Shown: positions 25,409 through 32,000 of the stretch, one piece after another
Layout: each line of letters starts with the position of its first letter
How positions within the stretch are numbered: position 1 is the stretch's first letter
DNA from: Promethearchaeota archaeon
Lineage (GTDB): Archaea > Asgardarchaeota > Lokiarchaeia > Sigyniarchaeales > SOKP01
Reading direction: 5' to 3'
Length of the DNA: 32,000 bases
NCBI GenBank assembly: GCA_030606485.1
Contig: JAUWGH010000003.1
Location: 150,001-182,000 of the forward strand
Translations under genes and position numbers: made by a program
The notes under the pieces: model-generated
The model's input: only the letters and a program-made list of their open reading frames with translations
Databases searched by the model: none
Told to the model about the DNA's origin: nothing

Positions 25409-27388
25409 TTGACAGAAAGAAAAATAATAAATATTGCATTAGCTGGAAATGCAAATGTTGGAAAATCGGTAATCTTTAATCAACTCACTGGAATGAATCA
25501 GTGTATTGGGAATTGGCCAGGAAAAACCGTAGAGAAATGTGAGGGAAAATTAACATTTTTAAATTATAATTTTAATATTGTTGATCTTCCTGGTATTTAC
25601 TCATTATCAACATATTCAATTGAGGAGATCATTTCAAGGGAATTTTTAATAGGTGAGAAAGTAGATTTAATAGTAAATGTAATAGATGGAACGAATTTAG
25701 AGAGGAATTTATTTTTTACGGTTCAGTTAATTGGTTTAAATCTTCCAATGATCTTGGCAGTTAATCAATTAGATTTAGTTAGGAAAAGAAAAATAAAGAT
25801 AAATCTTGATAAATTGGAAAAGATATTTAAAATCCCAGTTATACCTGTCATTGCAGTTCATGGGCGTGGAGTGCATGAGTTATTAGAAAAAACCATTGAA
25901 ATGTTTGAAAATGAATTTCAAATACCTAATGAAGATTTTTTCAAGTTTGGTAAGGAAGTAGAAACTGGAATTCAGAAGTTAATTGATGAAATTAATAATT
26001 ATACTGACGAGTTAAAAGATATCAAATATCCCAGCAGATTCCTTGCGATTAAGATTTTAGAAAAGGATGATGAATTAATTGGAAAGATAAAGAGATTTAA
26101 ACCAGAAATTATAGATATTGCAGCAGAAATTAGAGAAGAGTTGGAAGAATTACACGGAGAGGATATTAATACAATTATTTCAGCAGAAATATATAATCGA
26201 ATCCATGAGATTATTAACCAGTCGGTCGTTTATGGAGAAAAGCAAACAAAAGCAACTTGGGCAGATAAATTAGATCATTTAACAACCCACTCTATTTTTG
26301 GTTATGTTCTATTATTTATTATCCTATTTGGGTCATATTGGGTTGTATTTACAGTGGGTGATATTGTTGGGGGATGGTTAGATGAGATATATGAATTTTT
26401 CACGCCTATAGTTTTTAATATATTTGGTGACAATATCGGGACTAATATTTTTTGGAATGGAGCGATGGCGGGCTTGTTTGGTGGAGTTGGTGGAGTTTTA
26501 GTTTATGTTATTCCATTTTTTATAATAATAGAAATCCTTCAAGATTCTGGTTATTTACCTAGAGCTGCTTTTATGATGGATAAATTTATGCATCAAGTTG
26601 GAGTTCATGGTAAAGCAATTATCCCATTAATTCTCGGCCTTGGCTGTAATGTACCGGGTTGTACTGCTTGTAGAATCATGGAAACAGAGAGAGAGAAAAA
26701 GATTACCGCTTTTTTGACAACATTAGTTCCTTGTGCAGCAGTTATGGCAGTAATAATGGGATTAGTGGCAAAACATCTGGGATTCATATATGCTATAATC
26801 TTATACGGTATTGATTTTGCAGTTATTATCTTATTTGGTAAACTTGCAACAAAATTTTCACATGAACCTCAAACAGAATTAATTATGGAAATGCATGAGT
26901 TTAGAAAACCAAATACAAGTGTAATTTTAAAACAAACTTGGTTTAGGAGTAAAGAATTTGTTTATAAAGCGATGCCACTTATTATTATTATTGGAATGTT
27001 AATGGAAATCATGTTAATGTTTAATTTATTAGAGCCAATAAATATATTTCTGCAACCAATTACAGTATTATGGTTAGGATTACCGGTAATAACAGGTATT
27101 TTTTTAATTTATGGAATCTTAAGAAAAGAATTAACTCTTGTATTACTTGAGATTCTAGCGGTTGATATTTTAGGTATTGCATTAAGTGAATTTATGACAC
27201 CGATTCAAATGTTTGTGTTTGCCTTGATAACAATGTTATATATCCCGTGTGCTGCAACAATTATTGTATTAAGAAATGAAACTGGTTGGAAATTTACATT
27301 AAAGGTTACTTTTATAGAAGTCGGATTTGCGCTTTTATTGGGAGGTATTGTTAATTGGGGATATATTTTTATAACTGGAGGAGGTTAA
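25409..27388 (+). CDS. feoB: Ferrous iron transport protein B, TTG start
   Basis: G1 GNANVGKS, G2 GNWPGKTVE, G3 DLPGIYSL, G4 NQLD; membrane motifs DSGYLPRAAF.MD, LG.GCNVP, FxxExxxxxxP and LYIPC.AT. Confidence 0.96.
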   Translation: MTERKIINIALAGNANVGKSVIFNQLTGMNQCIGNWPGKTVEKCEGKLTFLNYNFNIVDLPGIYSLSTYSIEEIISREFLIGEKVDLIVNVIDGTNLERNLFFTVQLIGLNLPMILAVNQLDLVRKRKIKINLDKLEKIFKIPVIPVIAVHGRGVHELLEKTIEMFENEFQIPNEDFFKFGKEVETGIQKLIDEINNYTDELKDIKYPSRFLAIKILEKDDELIGKIKRFKPEIIDIAAEIREELEELHGEDINTIISAEIYNRIHEIINQSVVYGEKQTKATWADKLDHLTTHSIFGYVLLFIILFGSYWVVFTVGDIVGGWLDEIYEFFTPIVFNIFGDNIGTNIFWNGAMAGLFGGVGGVLVYVIPFFIIIEILQDSGYLPRAAFMMDKFMHQVGVHGKAIIPLILGLGCNVPGCTACRIMETEREKKITAFLTTLVPCAAVMAVIMGLVAKHLGFIYAIILYGIDFAVIILFGKLATKFSHEPQTELIMEMHEFRKPNTSVILKQTWFRSKEFVYKAMPLIIIIGMLMEIMLMFNLLEPINIFLQPITVLWLGLPVITGIFLIYGILRKELTLVLLEILAVDILGIALSEFMTPIQMFVFALITMLYIPCAATIIVLRNETGWKFTLKVTFIEVGFALLLGGIVNWGYIFITGGG

Positions 27389-27392
27389 TAAA

Positions 27393-27845
27393 TTGGAAAC
27401 AGTTGACAGCGCGTTAAAAAAAATACCGGAAAGTCAGCAAAGATATCTAGACGCAATTTATCTAATTTCAAAAACCAAGAAGGCAGGTTGGGTTTCAAAC
27501 AAAGAGATTAAAGAATTTTTAAAAGTCCAACCATCATCTGTAACAAATATGCTACGCCAGTTAAAAGAAGGTGGATTTATATCATGGGCGCCAAGAAAAG
27601 GGATCAGACTTACTAAAGAGGGTAAAAAAGTCGCAACGCGATTAGAACAGATCGACTCTCTTTTAAGGGATTTCTTTTCAACGATTTTAAAAATAAAAGA
27701 TGAGGAATTAGTAACTTCTTTATCTTGCGCGGTTGAGCACCACATCTTTGAGCAGAAAGATGAAGTTTACCAAAATTTAAAAAAGTTTATAGGAAAGAGA
27801 GAAGATATACTTAAATGTTTGGAAGAATTAGATGATTCGGAGTAG
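27393..27845 (+). CDS. DtxR/MntR/IdeR-family metal-dependent transcriptional regulator (no C-terminal FeoA/SH3 domain)
   Basis: YL.AIY, wHTH EI...L.V...SVT.ML..L, I.LT..G, and C..EH. A GGAGGT SD lies in the last feoB codons, 7 nt before the TTG. Confidence 0.9.
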   Translation: METVDSALKKIPESQQRYLDAIYLISKTKKAGWVSNKEIKEFLKVQPSSVTNMLRQLKEGGFISWAPRKGIRLTKEGKKVATRLEQIDSLLRDFFSTILKIKDEELVTSLSCAVEHHIFEQKDEVYQNLKKFIGKREDILKCLEELDDSE

Positions 27846-27931
27846 TTCTTCTAAATTAGTATTCTATAAAATCAAGATTTAAATATCAAATTACAATTAA
27901 AATATTTATGAAATTATAAAGGAAGATCTAT

Positions 27932-28690
27932 ATGTCTGTAAATTTAGAAAAAAAGATTGAATATATAAAAAATGCTTTTAAAAATTTTAAAAATTATATC
28001 GAGTTAGAAGATTTTAAGAATTATCTTTTTTTTACTCTAAATGCTCCAACAGCAGTTATAATTACACCAAATCTGAATTTTGGGAAAAACCCGAATGTAA
28101 CACTTGGGTATGATCCATTCAGAAAGATATATTTCACACTCCTCCAGACAAACTTATTTGTCAATTCTGATATAATTATTTATTATGCAAGCGAACCACT
28201 AACAGATAAATTAATTCTGAAAAAAGATGACAAATTTTTTGATGATTATCTAACAGCAAATGAAAAAGAAATAGCCTTTGCTGGGAGAGAAAAGTTTCTA
28301 TTTATAAAAAAATCAATAGGAATAGAGAATGATAAAGAAAAAAGTAAAATTGAATTTAAAATAAATAATTACTTTAATGAAATGGATAGTTTTATTAGCT
28401 CAACCACTCTTCCTTTCATTTTTCTTTTAGAAGGAAGTACCAATGAAGACCCAGATCTATTATTTACATTTAATCTTAAACCATCTCTAAATTTATCAAA
28501 TAAAATTATATATTATATCGATTGCTTTTTAGATAAAGAGCAAAAATTAAGAAGTATTAATTATATCAAACAAGATGAGAATTTGGAATTAACGTTTATG
28601 CAGGATTTTAAAGATATAGGGCACTCTGAGCTATTTAAATCTACATTTGATTTGTTACTTAAAATCAAATCTTTTAATAGTCCAAGTTAA
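27932..28690 (+). CDS. Hypothetical protein
   Basis: 252 aa ORF with ATG start, a purine-rich leader and no competing long ORF; no motif recognised. Confidence 0.7.
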   Translation: MSVNLEKKIEYIKNAFKNFKNYIELEDFKNYLFFTLNAPTAVIITPNLNFGKNPNVTLGYDPFRKIYFTLLQTNLFVNSDIIIYYASEPLTDKLILKKDDKFFDDYLTANEKEIAFAGREKFLFIKKSIGIENDKEKSKIEFKINNYFNEMDSFISSTTLPFIFLLEGSTNEDPDLLFTFNLKPSLNLSNKIIYYIDCFLDKEQKLRSINYIKQDENLELTFMQDFKDIGHSELFKSTFDLLLKIKSFNSPS

Positions 28691-28929
28691 TTTTAATTTT
28701 CATCCATTTTTTTAAAAATTTTTTAATATATTAAATTGTTAATGCAGAAATGTTTATGTGTTATTTGTCAGACATGATTTATTCTTTAAAATTAAGAATT
28801 TATTATTAATTTCTAATCCTCTATTAACCAATTAAGGTATATCGACATAAATATTTATATTAAATAAGGATTTTAATAATATTTATATCAATTTTATAAC
28901 AATAGTCATTTAATTACAGAGGTATATGA

Positions 28930-29139
28930 ATGAGGATTATAACAATTAACCTTCCACACAGATATTTAGATGCTATTCAATGTTTGATAGAGCTAGGTTA
29001 TTATCCTTCGCGAAGTGAAGCTATAAGAATAGCTCTTCGTGAATTTTTAGGTAGCGAGATAGAAATGTTTTCGAAACTAGAGAAAGGATATTTTGAAAAG
29101 ATTAAAAGATCTCAATTGAAATCGATGATTGAATTATAA
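28930..29139 (+). CDS. Ribbon-helix-helix (CopG/Arc/MetJ-type) transcriptional regulator
   Basis: MRIITINLP beta-ribbon, then YL.AI..LI..G.YPSRSEAIR.ALREFL; GAGGT SD upstream. Confidence 0.88.
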   Translation: MRIITINLPHRYLDAIQCLIELGYYPSRSEAIRIALREFLGSEIEMFSKLEKGYFEKIKRSQLKSMIEL

Positions 29140-29178
29140 GAACATCAATATTAATTATCTTTTATTTTATTTTTTATT

Positions 29179-30039
29179 TTATAAGAAGCGCAAAAATTCT
29201 CTTACTTTATTTTTGATTTTTTTTACAATCTTTGGATCATATTTTCTGGCGATATATTCTCTTAATGCGATAAGGCGATCGTTTGAAATTTTCGGTTGCA
29301 TTAGTTCATCTGAAAGTTTGTCAATTAAATCAACATCATAAATAATTTTTACTTGTTTTAGAAGATCGACAATTTTATCCGCTTGATTAAGAAATTTTTC
29401 AATTTCTTTTTTAATAATAATGTTCTGACCTTGAACATCTATTATGTCAAGAGCCTTTTTGACAATTTCCTCTTCAAATTTTAATTTACTACTCCATGGA
29501 CTCTGAATAACAATGCCTGATGGATCAATTAATAGTGATTTATCTTCTGTTAATTCTATCGCATCATAAGTCTTAAATTCAATAGAAGAAATAGTACCTG
29601 TCTTATTTAATTGAGTAGGTTTGAATTTAGGAAATAATTCATTTATAGAGTCTGTTAAATCAGGAATTTCTTTGCGTATTAAAATATATATTGGATAATT
29701 AAAAATATACCCATGAAGGAAATTATATAATATATATGTGCCCCATTTCTTAAGAATATCATTTATTGAAAATTTTGCAATAATATCTTCAGTAAGTTCT
29801 ACGTCTTCCTCCTCAATAGGCATATCGAATTGAAAATCAATTTTTTCATACCCTTTCACTACGGCATTATTATCTAGAAATAGAATAAATGGATGCTTAT
29901 CGCATACTAATCCCTTAGAAACTTGGACTTTTATGTTTCCAAATTTTTTTTGTTGAAATAATGTTTGGGGGAGTTTTATTATTTTTTCGGAAAAACATAC
30001 AGGGCATTTAACTTTAATTTTTTTGTACTGTACAGACAT
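29179..30039 (-). CDS. Hypothetical protein with N-terminal CPxC...CxxH putative zinc-binding domain
   Basis: VKCPVC...GLVCDKHPF...D....VKGYE..DF followed by a mostly helical remainder; 286 aa, ATG start. Confidence 0.75.
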   Translation of the reverse strand: MSVQYKKIKVKCPVCFSEKIIKLPQTLFQQKKFGNIKVQVSKGLVCDKHPFILFLDNNAVVKGYEKIDFQFDMPIEEEDVELTEDIIAKFSINDILKKWGTYILYNFLHGYIFNYPIYILIRKEIPDLTDSINELFPKFKPTQLNKTGTISSIEFKTYDAIELTEDKSLLIDPSGIVIQSPWSSKLKFEEEIVKKALDIIDVQGQNIIIKKEIEKFLNQADKIVDLLKQVKIIYDVDLIDKLSDELMQPKISNDRLIALREYIARKYDPKIVKKIKNKVREFLRFL

Positions 30040-30229
30040 GATTTAGGATTTGTATTTTAAAATAAAATACAATGTATATTAAATTAATAGAATAAATATT
30101 TTTTTATTGATTTTGAAATAAAACTAGTATTATTTCGAATATGAATTTAATCATGAGTATATTTTACTTAATAATTAAAAAGTTAATACATATATAATTA
30201 TTATTTTAGATTAAAATAGAGGTTAAAAA

Positions 30230-31132
30230 TTGAGGTTTGGAATCCAACCAGTTAGTGTTGATAGTGTTATTGGACAAATAAAAGATTCACGAAATATTAC
30301 AAATTCTTTAAAACTTAATTTCACTAAGATTGTTCTAGATGCAGTCAAACGTGGTTATAGACATATTGAAATTAGTCTTGATATGCATTACGTGCTGCCT
30401 GAAGGATTTCAGAAAAAAGATATAGAAAATTTATTAAAAATCAAAGAAGAGCATAATATAACTTATTCAGTGCATCTTCCTCTTTGGTCGATTGAACTGA
30501 GTAGTCCAAATCGTTATATTAGAAAAGGATCTACTGATTGTTTGATAAATGCAGTAAAGATAGTAGAACCTTTAGACCCGGAAGTATATGTTTTACATGC
30601 AACTGGGGCATTAGCAGCAGAATTTTCACGTATAGAAATACCTGAACAATATAAAAAAATTGTAATGAACATATTCACAGATAATGGAGTGAGTGCAATA
30701 AATCGTATGATTAAAGAAACAAATTTAGATCCAAATAAACTTGCCCTCGAAACGATTGAATTCCCTCTTGAAAATACACTTGACCAAATCAAGAAGGTTA
30801 AAGGTGCAAAATTATGTATTGATACGGGACATGTTTTGGCGAAATATCCTGGTGATTACGACTTATTTGAACTCACTAAAAAATATATAGATATTACGAG
30901 CGAATTTCATTTGCATGATGGATATAATTTTCCTAACAGAATAAAAGGAAAAAAAATAGAAGACCATATTGCTTTGGGTGAAGGACAATTACCAATAAAA
31001 TTTTTGAAATTATTATATGAAAAGAATTTTCGAGGACCTATTGTTTTTGAGTTAAATTTTGATCAAGCAAAAAAATCTTTAGAATTTATAAGAAAACACG
31101 TCCCAGAAATAGAAATTGATCTAAATGATTAA
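30230..31132 (+). CDS. Xylose-isomerase-like TIM-barrel metalloenzyme (AP endonuclease family 2 / sugar phosphate isomerase-epimerase)
   Basis: HIEI, SVHLP, VLH, LALET, CIDTGH, FHLHDG, DH..LGEG and IVFE metal-ligand pattern; GAGGT SD before the TTG. Confidence 0.85.
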   Translation: MRFGIQPVSVDSVIGQIKDSRNITNSLKLNFTKIVLDAVKRGYRHIEISLDMHYVLPEGFQKKDIENLLKIKEEHNITYSVHLPLWSIELSSPNRYIRKGSTDCLINAVKIVEPLDPEVYVLHATGALAAEFSRIEIPEQYKKIVMNIFTDNGVSAINRMIKETNLDPNKLALETIEFPLENTLDQIKKVKGAKLCIDTGHVLAKYPGDYDLFELTKKYIDITSEFHLHDGYNFPNRIKGKKIEDHIALGEGQLPIKFLKLLYEKNFRGPIVFELNFDQAKKSLEFIRKHVPEIEIDLND

Positions 31133-31360
31133 GAAAAAGAGAATCATTTATTTTAGAAACCTTAAATTTTAAACGTAACGACATATTAATAAAGAAATTT
31201 TTTCTACATTGCCATTTATCATTCTACTATATTTTAGTCTGGAGATATATATCCATTCCATTAATCTTAATAAATAAAGAAAATAATAATAATAAAATCA
31301 TAATAGAGAAATAATAATAAAAATAGAAATCAATACAAAAAAATAAGGTAATTTTTTTAT

Positions 31361-32000
31361 ATGACTATTGAAAATTCTGCTATATATCGAGAATTGCAAA
31401 AACATCTCGATAAAATGCCAATTGGATTTCCACAAACTAAATCTGGTGTGGAATTGCGTGTTTTGAGACACTTTTTTACTCCAGAAGAAGCAGAAATCGC
31501 TATAATGTTGAATTTCATGCCAGAGTCATTGAAGGTTATCTATAGACGTGCAAAAAAGAAGGGGATAACTATTGAGGAATTAGGAAGGATCTTGGATCAG
31601 ATGGTTCAGAAAGGATCAACAAACTTCGGAAAGAAAGTTGATGAAAAGGGAGAGGAAAAATTTTACTCCAATGCACTTTTAGTGGTCGGTATGTTCGAGA
31701 ACCAACTAAATAATCTAACTAAAGAATTTATTGAAGACTTTGAGCAGTACATGGATGAGGAATTTCTTAGAGAATTGAATAAAACACATATTCCCCAATT
31801 ACGCACAATCCCCATTGAACAAAGCATTACACCAGAGCATCATGTTGCAACATATGATGATATAAGAACAATTATTGAAAACGTAGGTGAGCCAATTTCT
31901 GTGGCTATCTGTATTTGTAAACAAGCAAAAGACCTCCTTGGGCAACCTTGTAGTCAAACCGACATGCGTGAAGTCTGTTTCCAATTCCGGACGGTAGCTA
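31361..32000 (+). CDS. Fe-S (4Fe-4S-binding family) protein with N-terminal helical/HTH-like region, 3'-truncated by the window edge; absent from the ORF track
   Basis: Hand translation MTIENSAIYRELQKHLDKMPIGFPQTKSGVELRVLRHFFTPEEAEIA...LRTIPIEQSI...TYDDI...CICKQAKDLLGQPC...REVC, open to the end of the window. The CxxCxxC cluster motifs expected for this family would lie beyond the window. Confidence 0.8.
   Translation, partial: MTIENSAIYRELQKHLDKMPIGFPQTKSGVELRVLRHFFTPEEAEIAIMLNFMPESLKVIYRRAKKKGITIEELGRILDQMVQKGSTNFGKKVDEKGEEKFYSNALLVVGMFENQLNNLTKEFIEDFEQYMDEEFLRELNKTHIPQLRTIPIEQSITPEHHVATYDDIRTIIENVGEPISVAICICKQAKDLLGQPCSQTDMREVCFQFRTVA

Noticed and set aside
25409-25900. FeoB G-motif variants (GNANVGKS, NQLD, IAVHGRG) as signs of inactivation
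   Set aside because: The key Lys/Ser, Asp-x-x-Gly and Asn-x-x-Asp residues are retained, and such variation is within what FeoB tolerates.
29129-29341. 70-aa ORF on + spanning the RHH stop and the convergent gene's 3' end
   Set aside because: Derived from a T-rich terminator-like tract and antisense overlap; no motif.
31270-31345. AAT-rich low-complexity tract resembling a microsatellite or an antisense hydrophobic peptide
   Set aside because: Imperfect repeats and only very short reading frames; most simply an AT-rich spacer.
652-31984. Short ORF-track entries antisense or out of frame inside long genes (e.g. 652..837, 3034..3252, 4694..4987, 10733..11044, 11797..12102, 19261..19539, 20411..20791, 27458..27745, 30514..30792, 31799..31984)
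   Set aside because: They overlap well-supported genes and show no family motifs; they are shadow ORFs.
1-32000. CRISPR array, tRNA/rRNA, IS or integrase
   Set aside because: No regularly spaced repeats, cloverleaf or rRNA-like GC-rich segments, or transposase/recombinase motifs were seen by eye; tRNAscan/Infernal were not run.

Overview
AT-rich, gene-dense prokaryotic window dominated by lipid/acyl-CoA metabolism of an anaerobe. Left arm (1-7306, all + strand): crotonase (5'-partial), stand-alone SCP2 lipid carrier, Fe-alcohol dehydrogenase, CrtI/RetSat-family FAD oxidoreductase coupled to an FNR-type reductase with a C-terminal 2Fe-2S domain, and an AMP-forming acyl-CoA ligase. It continues with an MNT-HEPN pair, an MFS transporter plus AbgB-like M20 amidohydrolase, a patch with two gene remnants missed by the ORF track, a class I/II aminotransferase, an overlapping phnN / CCG-domain Fe-S gene pair, a second acyl-CoA ligase, a TIM-barrel amidohydrolase, a zinc-ribbon membrane protein and a GH3 glycosidase. 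The right arm holds an ADP-forming acyl-CoA synthetase alpha subunit, a third ligase with a Cys/His insertion, feoA-feoB-dtxR-like, several hypothetical proteins, an RHH regulator, an AP-endonuclease-2-type TIM barrel and a 3'-partial Fe-S protein. An archaeal origin, probably Asgard (Lokiarchaeia-like), is an inference from gene content and oligo-T terminators; no marker gene confirms it. No rRNA, tRNA, CRISPR array or transposase was seen. All family calls come from motif recognition by eye, not database searches.
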